Shown here: in pieces, positions 18,766 to 28,151 of the stretch | How the letters are laid out: every line of letters begins with the position of its first letter | Position numbering within the stretch: the stretch's first letter is position 1 | Origin: Armatimonadetes bacterium UBA1398 | Lineage (GTDB): Bacteria > Armatimonadota > Zipacnadia > UBA1398 | Direction: 5' to 3' | NCBI GenBank assembly: GCA_002305165.1 | Contig: DBQI01000057.1 | Coordinates: forward strand, 42,101-106,100 | Length of the DNA: 64,000 nucleotides | Program-made: the position numbers and the translations under genes | The notes under the pieces: model-generated | The model's input: only the letters and a program-made list of their open reading frames with translations | Database searches by the model: none | What the model was told of the DNA's origin: nothing

Positions 18766-19371
18766 CTACGCGCCACGCGCACACGTGCTGCATCGATCGC
18801 CCTCGGCGCCCGGTGCCATGAGGGCGCCGCATCGCGAGCACGGCCTCCACCCCCGGGCACGTAGAGCCTTGTCCGCACGGTAGTGCAGCTCCATGGTCTT
18901 CCGGACCCGCTCCCGAACTTCCGGCACCTCGATGAGGCCGACAAGCCCCTCAATCTCCTCCACCTCGTGCGGATCAAGAGGGTGCTCCGCTAGCTCATCA
19001 TCGGTGACCCTGACGTTCGGATCCCGTGGTTTGTTCGCCGGTTCGGGGCGCTGGCCTAGCGGGCCCACCCGAAAGCGAAGCCTCCGAACGGCCTCCTGGC
19101 CGGCCAGACGGTTGAGTTTGGCGATGATGTCGCCGCTCCGCGACTGAAGCTGGTGGCTGCAGATGGAGTCCGCCGTCACCACACACAGGAGGCCTCCCTG
19201 GCATGACTCCGCGCGCGTCTCCGCGGAGACGATCGGCCCGACGGCCTCAGGCCAGAGAGCCAGGATGCGGGCATCCGACAGCCGTTCCAGGAGCTTCCGC
19301 CGCCGGAGGCTCTTCGTGAGCAGGCCGTCCGCGCGCTCGAGGCCGGTGTATCTCCGGCTATCCTCAGGCAC
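18766..19371 (-). CDS. dciA: DUF721/DciA family protein with a C-terminal Zn ribbon
   Basis: WPEAVGPIVSAET...IIAKLN...LRFRVG; CSRC and CSTC; directly downstream of recF. Confidence 0.8.
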   Translation of the reverse strand: MPEDSRRYTGLERADGLLTKSLRRRKLLERLSDARILALWPEAVGPIVSAETRAESCQGGLLCVVTADSICSHQLQSRSGDIIAKLNRLAGQEAVRRLRFRVGPLGQRPEPANKPRDPNVRVTDDELAEHPLDPHEVEEIEGLVGLIEVPEVRERVRKTMELHYRADKALRARGWRPCSRCGALMAPGAEGDRCSTCARGA

Positions 19372-20437
19372 TCCTCACCCTCCCCTCCTCGACCCAGCGC
19401 ACATCGGCGCCCCGCAGGACAGAGTCGGACAGGTCTCCCTTCTGCGTACCTGTAACGAAGTACTGCTCGAATCTAGCGAGCTCATCGCCCAACCGCTCTC
19501 GCCGGTCGCGGTCCAGCTCGGACATGATGTCATCGAGCAGCGGAACCGCGGGATCCTGGGCATCGAGGGTCGCTTCGGCGAGCTTCATGGCGAGGGCCGC
19601 GGTCTTCTGTTGGCCCCGGGACGCGTGCCGGCGTACGCTTCGACCATTGATCGTGATCGCCAAGTCATCCCGATGGGGTCCGACGAGTGTGACACCTCTC
19701 TCCAACTCATCGCTCGCTGCACCCTCCAGCGCCCGGAGCATCTCCCCCGGTGTGGCCGAGGCCTCGTAACGGATCGAGAGGGTCTCCGCTTCCCCCGACA
19801 GCCTTCGCTGTAAGCTCCTCGCTGGCTCGGAGAAGGCCTCCACGTGAGCGACGCGATCGGCGATGAGCCGCTCCCCCAGCCGCGCGAGTTCCTCACCGAA
19901 GGCCATCACGGCCGCCGGCATTCGGCTGGCTCCCCGGGCTCGCTTGAGCGCGGAGTTCCGCTGGAAGAGGCATCGCCTGTAGGCCGTCAAGTCGGAGAGG
20001 TATCGCGGGCGGCGCTTGGAGATCTCCTCGTTGAGGTGCCGTCTACGCAACGAGGGCTCGCCCGTGACGAGATCTACGTCCCCTGCGTGGAATACCATCG
20101 CGTTCAGCCCACCCACGAACTCATCGAGCCGGTCACACTCGATGCCGTTGACCGCCAGCGTCTTGCGCCCCGCCTGAATCTCCACATCCAAGGAGATGGA
20201 ACCATCGAGTCGCGAGACGAGGCCCCAGACACCGGCGGTCTCGGCTCCGTAGGAGACCATCCGCCTAGCGACTGACTCCCGATGGGAGATCCCTGTGGAG
20301 AGAAGGCCGATAGCCTCGATGAGGTTCGTCTTGCCCTGGGCGTTGTGTCCAAGGAGCGCCACCGCTCCCGTCTCGAACTCCAGGCGGAGCTCCTCGTAGC
20401 TGCGGAAGCGGCTCAGTCTTAGCTCCTGGATCCACAT
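19364..20437 (-). CDS. recF: DNA replication and repair protein RecF
   Basis: FRSY, GHNAQGKTN, GPHRDDL, SRGQQK and LLDDIMSELD motifs. Confidence 0.96.
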   Translation of the reverse strand: MWIQELRLSRFRSYEELRLEFETGAVALLGHNAQGKTNLIEAIGLLSTGISHRESVARRMVSYGAETAGVWGLVSRLDGSISLDVEIQAGRKTLAVNGIECDRLDEFVGGLNAMVFHAGDVDLVTGEPSLRRRHLNEEISKRRPRYLSDLTAYRRCLFQRNSALKRARGASRMPAAVMAFGEELARLGERLIADRVAHVEAFSEPARSLQRRLSGEAETLSIRYEASATPGEMLRALEGAASDELERGVTLVGPHRDDLAITINGRSVRRHASRGQQKTAALAMKLAEATLDAQDPAVPLLDDIMSELDRDRRERLGDELARFEQYFVTGTQKGDLSDSVLRGADVRWVEEGRVRSA

Positions 20438-20466
20438 GCCCGCCCGTGGCTCCTCCCATCCGGGGG

Positions 20467-21960
20467 TTATTCCTGGGGTCGCATCAGGGGGAACAGGATG
20501 ACCTCGCGTATCGAGTGGGTGTCGGTCAGCAGCATCAGCAGGCGGTCTATCCCTATCCCCAGCCCGCCCGTGGGGGGCAGGCCATACTCGAGCGCCTCGA
20601 GGAAGTCCTCATCCATGGGATGCGCCTCCTCGTCGCCCGCCGACCTATCCCTGGCCTGGGACTCGAACCGGGATCGCTGATCGATGGGATCGTTGAGCTC
20701 GCTAAAGGCGTTCGCCAACTCCTTGCCGCAGATGAATGTCTCGAACCGGTCCGTAAGCTCGGGGTTGGCGGGACTCCGCTTCGCCAGGGGCGAGATGAGA
20801 ACCGGGTGCCCAGTGAGGTGGGTTGGGGCGACGAGCTGTGGCTCCACGGTCTCATCGACGATCTTCTTGAGGACTGCCGCCGCTGTCTTGGGCCCACCGA
20901 TCTCGATGCCCCTCTCATCGGCGATCCGAGCCGCCGAGGCGTCATCCAGGAGGTCGCTGATGTCGATGGCGGCGTACTGGCGCAAGGCATCAGGGATCGA
21001 GAGCCGACGCCACGGCGGGGTCAGGTCGATCTCCTGGCCGCCGTAGGAGACCTGCAGGCCTCCGCAGACCGCCTGCGCGGCTGCCGCCACGATCTCCTCG
21101 GTCAGGCTCATGATGTCCTCGTAGTCGGCATAGGCCTGGTAGAGCTCCAGCATGGTGAACTCGGGGTTGTGGTTCTGGTCCATGCCCTCGTTGCGGAAGT
21201 TGCGGTTGATCTCGAATACCCGCTCGAATCCGCCGATGACGAGCCTCTTGAGGTATAGCTCGGGGGCTATGCGGAGGTAGAGTTCGATGTCGAGGGCGCG
21301 GTGGTGGGTGCAGAAGGGGCGCGCCGCGGCGCCGCCCGCCACCACCTGCATCATCGGGGTCTCCACCTCGAGGAACTCTCGGGCGGTCAGCATCTCCCTG
21401 ATGGCAGCCAGCATGTGACTGCGCTGGACGAAGAGCTCCCTCACCTCTGGGTTCATGATGAGGTCGACGTAGCGCCGGCGGAACCGCGTCTCCACATCCG
21501 TGAGGCCATGCCACTTCTCGGGGAGGGGCCGCAACGACTTGCTCAGGATGGTTGCCTTGCTGGCGCGAACCGACATCTCGCCCCGGGAGGTAGAGAAGAC
21601 CTCGCCCTCCACGCCGAGGAGATCCCCCACATCGCAGAGCTTCAGCCGCTCGTATCCGTCATCTCCAAGGCTATCGAGGGACGCGAAAACCTGCATGGCG
21701 CTCGTGCCGTCTCGGAGGTCGAGGAAGGTTGCCTTCCCATGGCCTCGACGAGCCATGACCCGCCCCGCGATGGTCACCGGCTGGCCTACGAGGGCGTCGA
21801 AGGCGGACCGCACCTCATCGATGGTGTGAGTGCGGTCGAACCGCGTGATGAGGTACGGGTCGTGCCCCTGAGCCCGGAGCTGTTCCAGGCGCTCTCTGCG
21901 GGCATCGAGTTCACTCACAGGGACCCTCCTTGGGGACGAACGACGAGAAGCCGGTCCCAT
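20467..21960 (-). CDS. lysS: Lysine--tRNA ligase (class II)
   Basis: LPEKWHGL, GGAAARPF, LRIAPELYLKRL, FRNEG and YGLPPTGGLGIGIDRL motifs. Confidence 0.98.
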   Translation of the reverse strand: MGPASRRSSPRRVPVSELDARRERLEQLRAQGHDPYLITRFDRTHTIDEVRSAFDALVGQPVTIAGRVMARRGHGKATFLDLRDGTSAMQVFASLDSLGDDGYERLKLCDVGDLLGVEGEVFSTSRGEMSVRASKATILSKSLRPLPEKWHGLTDVETRFRRRYVDLIMNPEVRELFVQRSHMLAAIREMLTAREFLEVETPMMQVVAGGAAARPFCTHHRALDIELYLRIAPELYLKRLVIGGFERVFEINRNFRNEGMDQNHNPEFTMLELYQAYADYEDIMSLTEEIVAAAAQAVCGGLQVSYGGQEIDLTPPWRRLSIPDALRQYAAIDISDLLDDASAARIADERGIEIGGPKTAAAVLKKIVDETVEPQLVAPTHLTGHPVLISPLAKRSPANPELTDRFETFICGKELANAFSELNDPIDQRSRFESQARDRSAGDEEAHPMDEDFLEALEYGLPPTGGLGIGIDRLLMLLTDTHSIREVILFPLMRPQE

Positions 21961-21995
21961 GCCCGGCTTCTCTCGGATAGTGCCTTGGCAGGAGA

Positions 21996-22478
21996 CTAGC
22001 GGGAGATCCTGACGATCCGGTACTTCATGACCCCTCCCGGGGCCCGCACCTCTACTTCAGTCCTCTGTTTCTTGCCAAGCATCGCCTGGCCCAGAGGAGA
22101 CTCGATGGAGATGCGGTCCTCGTTCGGATCGGCTTCGAAGGAGCTCACGACACGCACGTCCCACGTCTCGTTCGTCTCCAGGTCCTTCACACGCACGATA
22201 GATCCCAACCCCACCACGTTGGCAGGGATCTCGTCAGGCTCAAGCACCCGGGCGCGCCGGATGACGTCCTCTAGCTCCCTGATCCGCCCCTCCACCAGGG
22301 CTTGGTCCATCTTCGCGGTCTCGTACTCCGAGGTGTCCGAGTCCTCCGACACGGCTGACTGCTTGGCCTCGCCAAGCCGTCGTCGCATCTCGGGCCGCTC
22401 TACCGCAGTCAGGTGGTGGAGCTCATCCCGGATCCGCTGATACCCCTCGGGCGTCAGTACGATCTGGTCGTCAACCAT
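21996..22478 (-). CDS. greA: Transcription elongation factor GreA
   Basis: LTPEGY, SEYETAK, GRIRELE and ISIESPLGQAMLG motifs; ATG at 22478 follows an AGGAG RBS. Confidence 0.93.
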   Translation of the reverse strand: MVDDQIVLTPEGYQRIRDELHHLTAVERPEMRRRLGEAKQSAVSEDSDTSEYETAKMDQALVEGRIRELEDVIRRARVLEPDEIPANVVGLGSIVRVKDLETNETWDVRVVSSFEADPNEDRISIESPLGQAMLGKKQRTEVEVRAPGGVMKYRIVRISR

Positions 22479-22551
22479 ACAGGCCCACTCTCCTAACCGC
22501 AAAGGCGTCTTGGCCGGATGCCGGAGCAACTCTCCGTGGCGAGCGAGTGTC

Positions 22552-22641
22552 TGGCGGAGGGAGGGGGATTCGAACCCCCGAGGCGCTTGCGCGCCCAACG
22601 GTTTTCAAGACCGCCGCCTTCAACCGCTCGGCCATCCCTCC
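22552..22641 (-). tRNA. tRNA-Ser(TGA) with encoded CCA
   Basis: GGAGGGA acceptor stem, CT-TGA-AA anticodon loop, long variable arm, GGTTCGAATCC T-loop, GCCA 3' end. Confidence 0.96.
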
Positions 22642-22762
22642 GGCCTGGTCCCTTTACCCGCCTCCCGAGCTCACTAACACGGGCCCCAGGTTCTCCGGGC
22701 GCCACCTGTTTCTTTTCCTGCCTGTCGGCTCCCTGCAAGCGGGCCTGATCGCACGGCCGGTC

Positions 22763-23221
22763 TCAGTCGAGGCCCGTGTGCCCGAACCCGCCCTCGCCTC
22801 GTATCGACTGCTCGAGTGAGTCCGCGTAATCCCACTCCGCGCGAGCCACGGGCGCCAAGACTAGCTGGGCGATCCGGTCACCGCGGCCTATCTCGAAGGG
22901 CTCCGGGCCCAGGTTCACCATGATCACCTGCACCTCGCCCCTGTAGTCCGAGTCGATGGTCCCCGGGGAGTTCAGCACTGTTACACGATGGCGCAGCGCG
23001 AGGCCGCTGCGTGGCCGCACCTGCACCTCATACCCCACGGGAACCTCGACCTCCAACCCCGTCGGCACCAGAGCTACGGCCCCGGGCTCGATGACTAGGC
23101 TCCCACTTACCGCCGCCCTGACATCCATCCCCGCGGCCCCATCGGTAGCGTAGGCTGGCAGGTCCAGACCCTCCGCATGGGCCAGGCGCCGCACTCGCAC
23201 CCGAACGGGGCACCCCGTCAT
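22763..23221 (-). CDS. dut: dUTP diphosphatase
   Basis: AGMDV, RPRSGLA, GTIDSDYRGE, DRIAQL and RGEGGFGHTG motifs. Confidence 0.96.
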   Translation of the reverse strand: MTGCPVRVRVRRLAHAEGLDLPAYATDGAAGMDVRAAVSGSLVIEPGAVALVPTGLEVEVPVGYEVQVRPRSGLALRHRVTVLNSPGTIDSDYRGEVQVIMVNLGPEPFEIGRGDRIAQLVLAPVARAEWDYADSLEQSIRGEGGFGHTGLD

Positions 23222-23706
23222 CGCCGCTCCAGCCCGTCCAGGGCCTCCCACAGGGCCTGCTCCTCCTCGGGCATGAGATCCACCTCTGGCCGTGAGTCTA
23301 CGATCCGTCGGCAGTAGGCGTCGAATGAGTCCCTGCCGCGCAGTCCGGTGAGGATACATCCATTGCCAAGGTGGTCGAGCAGGGCGAGGGCAAAGCTCAG
23401 TTGCCCTCCCATGTGGTCAAAGGCATCGAAGTGCACCAGGCCGCAGGAGCTGACCGCACGGAGTTGCACGCGGTGAAGGGCATCCGCCCGGACGCCCAAG
23501 TCCTCGACCCGGCGATGCACCTGTCCCAAGAGCTCCAGGTATTGGGTGAGATCATCTGGGAACTCGATCTGCCCCAGTGCCGACAGGAACCTGCGATGCG
23601 GTTCCGCAAGGCGCCTCATACTCATGAAGCAGAGGACGGCTACAGCGGCTGACAGAACGGCAACCGCTACCGAGACGATGGTGAGGACTACTGTGGTCGT
23701 ATTCAA
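23218..23706 (-). CDS. DUF4446 family membrane-anchored protein
   Basis: N-terminal TM helix; GLVHFDAFDHMGGQLSFALALLD and PEEEQAL motifs; TTG start at 23706 follows a GGAGG RBS. Confidence 0.8.
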   Translation of the reverse strand: MNTTTVVLTIVSVAVAVLSAAVAVLCFMSMRRLAEPHRRFLSALGQIEFPDDLTQYLELLGQVHRRVEDLGVRADALHRVQLRAVSSCGLVHFDAFDHMGGQLSFALALLDHLGNGCILTGLRGRDSFDAYCRRIVDSRPEVDLMPEEEQALWEALDGLERR

Positions 23707-23726
23707 GCGCGATCCTCCGGACAGAG

Positions 23727-24770
23727 CTAGCCGGCGACCTGAATGACTATCTTCACGCACTCCGCCTTACGGGTCGAAGCGAACTCGAAGGCGTCAACAA
23801 CAGACTCAAGAGGATACCGACCCGTGACCAAAGGCGCTAGCGAGACTTTGCCGGAGGCGACGAGGTCCAGGCACCGGCCGAAGCAGTTGGCGTAGCGGAA
23901 GACGCTCGTGACGTCGAGTTCGCGGTTCAGGATGCTCATTACGTCCAGGGGGAACACCGACTCCGGCGGCAGGCCAACGAGGCACACCCGTCCCCCCACC
24001 CGCGCCATTCGCACCGCCGCCTGGGTGGTCGCGACGGCGCCAGCCGTCTCGATGACGACATCGGCGCCCCGACCGCCTGTAGCCTCTGCGACCGCCGCCA
24101 CCGGATCCGCCGCGCGGGAGCCGATGGCCTCGGCGCCCAGGGCGGCCGCTAGCGCAAGGCGGTTCTCAACCTGGTCGAAGGCGATGATCCTCGTCGCTCC
24201 CGCCGCGCTAGCCGCCTGAAGTGCCAGAAGCCCAATGGCGCCGCAGCCCAGGATCACCACGCTATCTCCGGGTTCGATCTCTGCCCGTCTGGCCGCGTGG
24301 ACGCCGACTGCTAAGGGCTCGACCATGGCCCCCTCCTCGAAGCTCACACCCTCTGGGAGGGGGTAGAGGAAGTCGTCAGGGTGTACGACGAGCTCGCAGA
24401 GCGAGCCGTGGACCGGTGGAGTGGCCATGAAGACCACTTCAGGGCAGAGGTTGTAGCGCCCGGAGCGGCAGTGGGCGCACCGTCGGCAGGGGATACCTGG
24501 TTCGATGGCGACTCGCTCCCCCACGCGGACCCGGGACACGTCCGACCCAACGGCCTCCACGGTGCCCGAGCACTCATGGCCCAGGATGAGCGGCTGCTCG
24601 ACAACGAACTTGCCGATCCTGCCGTGCTCGTAGTAGTGCACATCGGATCCGCACACGCCCACTGAATGGATGCGGACCAGGCATTCGCGTGGCCCCAAGT
24701 CGCCTGCGTTCGGCCAGGGGACGCTCTCCACGCGCATGTCCCGGGCTGCGTAGAGGACTGCTGCTTTCAT
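23727..24770 (-). CDS. Zn-dependent NAD(P) polyol dehydrogenase (sorbitol/xylitol dehydrogenase-like)
   Basis: CGSDVH, GHE, CxxCxxC...C structural zinc site, GCGAIG and FRYAN motifs. Confidence 0.92.
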   Translation of the reverse strand: MKAAVLYAARDMRVESVPWPNAGDLGPRECLVRIHSVGVCGSDVHYYEHGRIGKFVVEQPLILGHECSGTVEAVGSDVSRVRVGERVAIEPGIPCRRCAHCRSGRYNLCPEVVFMATPPVHGSLCELVVHPDDFLYPLPEGVSFEEGAMVEPLAVGVHAARRAEIEPGDSVVILGCGAIGLLALQAASAAGATRIIAFDQVENRLALAAALGAEAIGSRAADPVAAVAEATGGRGADVVIETAGAVATTQAAVRMARVGGRVCLVGLPPESVFPLDVMSILNRELDVTSVFRYANCFGRCLDLVASGKVSLAPLVTGRYPLESVVDAFEFASTRKAECVKIVIQVAG

Positions 24771-24797
24771 GTCGACTCCTCCTGGAGCGGCTCTGGG

Positions 24798-25109
24798 CTA
24801 CCGCCCCAGCGCCGCGCGGACGGCAGCGATGACTTCCTCAGGCCCCACGCCCGCAATAGCCAGCATCTTCTCTCGGGAACGCTCGCCAGAGTCGACGCGG
24901 ACGCTGGATCGGCGGAAGCCGAGGGTCTTGGCGACGAAGGCGACGACGCGGGCGTTCGCGGCGCCCTCCACGGGCGGGGCTGTAGTGCGGACGCACAGGC
25001 GGCCGTCGCGGACCCCCACCAGTTCGTCTCGGCTTCCCCTCGGAAGGACCCGCACGGCGAGCCTGGAGCCCTCATCGGTGCCGTCGCACTGCAGCTCTGG
25101 CTCGGGCAT
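24798..25109 (-). CDS. DUF167/YggU family protein
   Basis: VRVLPRGSR...APPVEGAAN...GERSREK. Confidence 0.88.
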   Translation of the reverse strand: MPEPELQCDGTDEGSRLAVRVLPRGSRDELVGVRDGRLCVRTTAPPVEGAANARVVAFVAKTLGFRRSSVRVDSGERSREKMLAIAGVGPEEVIAAVRAALGR

Positions 25110-25121
25110 CCCGGTCCCTCC

Positions 25122-26537
25122 CTACCCCATCAGCAGGAACATCATCAGGGTTACGCCGCCGTTGACGATCGCGTGCAGTATGGCGGGCGGCCAGAGGGAG
25201 TCAGTCAGTTCCCGAAGTATCGCGGTCGCCATCCCCACCAGAATGAGCATGGGGGCCACGAGGGGATCGAGGTGGACCAGCCCGAAGAGCACCGAAGTGA
25301 TGGCGATCGCGCCGATGGCGCCTATCCTGCTCCTCAGCGAGGAGTAGAGGACGCCCCGGAACATGCCCTCCTCCGCCAACGGCGCCGCGACCACCACGGT
25401 TAGGAACATGGCGAGGCGGCCGAGCCAGTCCTCCTGTCCGGCCATGATGCTGAGGGCGGGATTAGTGCTCTGCGGCGTCTCACCCACGACCTCGGAGACA
25501 ATCAGGGCGAGCAGGATGTACACCGGCGGCAGGGCCAGGGCCGCCACAACGGGGGTGACGTACAGTTTCCAGAGCGGACACCGGCGGAATCCCGCATCGG
25601 CGAGCACCCGTGGCCCCATCCGCCAACGCGCTACCGCCCAGGCGGCCAACGTGGCGACGAGGTAGATCGCGAGCAGAGCGTACGGGGTGAACTCGGGCCC
25701 GATGCCCAGAGCGCGATAGCCCATGCCGGCGAACACCTGGGTCGCGAAGAAGGCCACGAGCACCTCCCCCGCCGTCAGTGGGCTGGGAGCCGTCGAGGGC
25801 TCCTCCTGGGGGAGCGACTCCTCCTGAGTCTCGTCGGTGGGAACATCCGGGGGTCTCGGCGGCTCTATACGTGAGAGGCGCCAGATCACGAGCGCGGGCG
25901 CCCCGATGATCCAGAGGAGCAGTCCCAAGGAGAGAACGACCATTACGACCGCTGCGACAACGATGAGGCCGATCAGCGACTCCACGGCCTCAGAGGCGAT
26001 GAACCCCTCCTCTCGGCTCACCGCCTCGCTGTCACCGGCTTTGTCGAGGAGGTGAAGGCGGAAGGCACGGCGCGCCCATAGGGGCTTCAGTCGGGAGCTC
26101 TCCTCCGCCGCCTGGGCGACTTTGGCGCTGCCGGGTTCGGCGGCGAGGCCCTGGACGAGCAGGGCGAGCCCCTCGTCGCCCTCAGCCTCCTCCAGCAGCC
26201 GCTGCGCGCTCTCCGCGTCGTCACTCAGGAGGTCGAGCGCGGCGAGGCGAATGGCCAGCGTGGGGAGGCGACGATGAGCCTCGTCGGGCTCGGTCGGGTC
26301 GCCGACCGCCGCCATGGCGCCGCTCTGTATGCCAGGGATGTGAGAACCGTAGAGGCGTACCTTGCCTTGGACGTCCAGGGCTAGAAGGGTGGCTGCCGGC
26401 GCGCGCTCGGCAGCGGCCGGGCCGCCGGACTCCAGCCGGCCCACAGCAATCGTGGCGGCCACTACTGCCGCGACGCACAGTGCCAGGACGACGTACCGCC
26501 CGGTGCTCGATCTGTCTGGGGGGGGGACAAAGGACAA
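25122..26537 (-). CDS. CPBP family (CAAX/Abi) intramembrane glutamic protease with an extracytoplasmic N-terminal domain
   Basis: APLAEEGMFRG, FGLVH and LHAIVN motifs; multiple TM helices. Confidence 0.88.
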   Translation of the reverse strand: MSFVPPPDRSSTGRYVVLALCVAAVVAATIAVGRLESGGPAAAERAPAATLLALDVQGKVRLYGSHIPGIQSGAMAAVGDPTEPDEAHRRLPTLAIRLAALDLLSDDAESAQRLLEEAEGDEGLALLVQGLAAEPGSAKVAQAAEESSRLKPLWARRAFRLHLLDKAGDSEAVSREEGFIASEAVESLIGLIVVAAVVMVVLSLGLLLWIIGAPALVIWRLSRIEPPRPPDVPTDETQEESLPQEEPSTAPSPLTAGEVLVAFFATQVFAGMGYRALGIGPEFTPYALLAIYLVATLAAWAVARWRMGPRVLADAGFRRCPLWKLYVTPVVAALALPPVYILLALIVSEVVGETPQSTNPALSIMAGQEDWLGRLAMFLTVVVAAPLAEEGMFRGVLYSSLRSRIGAIGAIAITSVLFGLVHLDPLVAPMLILVGMATAILRELTDSLWPPAILHAIVNGGVTLMMFLLMG

Positions 26538-26687
26538 GACAAACCTCCTGTGGACGGTGGATTCACCGTTGCAGGTGTATGCTCCTCCGATGGCGCAGGG
26601 ATGGGCCTGAGAGTGCTCTGACGGGCAGTTGTGGTGCCACAGCAGCGGCCCGATGACTGTAAAGCGACGACTGGAGGTGGATTGACA

Positions 26688-28148
26688 TTGAGACGCACAT
26701 GCCTAGTCCTCGCCGTAGTGAGCCTCAGCTCCGCGGCGTGGGCGGCAAAGATCGAGCTATCGACTGTGCCCCCTCGCGAGGGAGTCGAGGTCATCATCTA
26801 CCGTGACGTAGACCTCACCCTCGTACGGGAGCAGCGCATGATCCGCTTCCACGAGGGGGAGAACGAGATCGCCTTCTCGTGGGCAGACACCCGCATTGAC
26901 CCAACCTCCGTGCGGATCCGCATCGCCGGCGACGGCGAGGGGTACGCACTGACCGAGACCACCTATCCGCCGGAGCAGCCCAACACCCTGGTGTGGCATA
27001 TCACCGCGCCCACGGACGGTCCGGCGCCCCTGGAGGTCAGCTACTTCACGAGCGGGCTTACGTGGAGCGCCGGGTACACCCTCATTCTGGACAAGGCCGA
27101 GACGGAGGGGACCTTCAGCGCCGACTTCTCCATTGGGAACCACAGCGGCGAAGCCTATGAGAGCGCGAAGGTGTCACTGCTTACCGGCGGCGTGCGCCTC
27201 ATCGAGCAGGTCATCGCGCTCGAGGGCGAGGCGCGCGAGGAGATCATGGCTCGCCGCGCGGGGCTCATGTTCGATGGCGCTGCTGGAGCCCCACCGCCTC
27301 CTGACGCCGAGCCAGCCGCTCCCATGGGAGCTATGATGGGTGGGCCTGGCATGGGCGGTGGGTACGGTGGTGGCGGCGGCTATGGTGGCTTCGCCTTCGG
27401 TAACGCCATGGACGCTGTGGAGATCGCCGCAGCCTCAGCTTCCGAGCACGAGCGCTACAACCTGGACACCGACATGGCGCTTCTGGACGGCTGGGTCACC
27501 CGTTTGCGGTTCGCCGAGACCAAGGCAGTCCGGCCGACGGTCATTGCTCGGGCCACTGACCCCTTTTCGTCCACTACGGCGCAACGCGTCATCAAGGTCA
27601 AGAACGACGAGGCGTCTGGGCTCGGCATAGCGCCGCTGCCCGAGGGGCCCATCGCCGTCTTCAAGCAGGATGGCGCGGGGCGACTTGTCTACGTGGGCGA
27701 AAGCATCTTCCCATATACGGGGGTCGGCCAGGAAGCGGAACTCGCGATAGGAGCGCTTCAAGATGTGATCATCGAAGCCAAGCACATGAGCGTGCTGAAG
27801 CGTGACATCGAGTTCAATGACGCGGGCTACGTCCAGGGCAAGGTCGTCGAGCAGCGCTTCTCCCTGGAGATCCGCAACCGAGACGACATCGCGCGAGCTT
27901 TCGAGGTCATCATCGGTCGACCGGGAGCGCCCAATGTTGTCGTAGGCGCAACTGGCGCCGAGATCGAGGCCGGGCTGATACGGTTTGAGCCCACCGTTGA
28001 GGCTCTCACCGGTATCTTCGCCACGGAGTTCGACATCCACGAGTACCACGGCACCGCCGTGAACCGCATGCCCGAGCAGAGCCACGCGACGGCCTCACCG
28101 GACGCTGGGAACGATACCGGGGCAGTCGTGGATGGGGAGGGAGCGTAA
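26688..28148 (+). CDS. Secreted DUF4139 domain protein
   Basis: Signal peptide; LTLVREQR, IDPTSV, SYFTSGLTWSAGY, GLGIAPLPEG and PYTGVG motifs; TTG start follows GGAGGT. Confidence 0.8.
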   Translation: MRRTCLVLAVVSLSSAAWAAKIELSTVPPREGVEVIIYRDVDLTLVREQRMIRFHEGENEIAFSWADTRIDPTSVRIRIAGDGEGYALTETTYPPEQPNTLVWHITAPTDGPAPLEVSYFTSGLTWSAGYTLILDKAETEGTFSADFSIGNHSGEAYESAKVSLLTGGVRLIEQVIALEGEAREEIMARRAGLMFDGAAGAPPPPDAEPAAPMGAMMGGPGMGGGYGGGGGYGGFAFGNAMDAVEIAAASASEHERYNLDTDMALLDGWVTRLRFAETKAVRPTVIARATDPFSSTTAQRVIKVKNDEASGLGIAPLPEGPIAVFKQDGAGRLVYVGESIFPYTGVGQEAELAIGALQDVIIEAKHMSVLKRDIEFNDAGYVQGKVVEQRFSLEIRNRDDIARAFEVIIGRPGAPNVVVGATGAEIEAGLIRFEPTVEALTGIFATEFDIHEYHGTAVNRMPEQSHATASPDAGNDTGAVVDGEGA

Positions 28149-28151
28149 TAG

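Noticed and set aside
22552-22641. tRNA-Ser as an integration site for an island
   Set aside because: I saw no integrase or duplicated tRNA 3' end, and greA follows directly.
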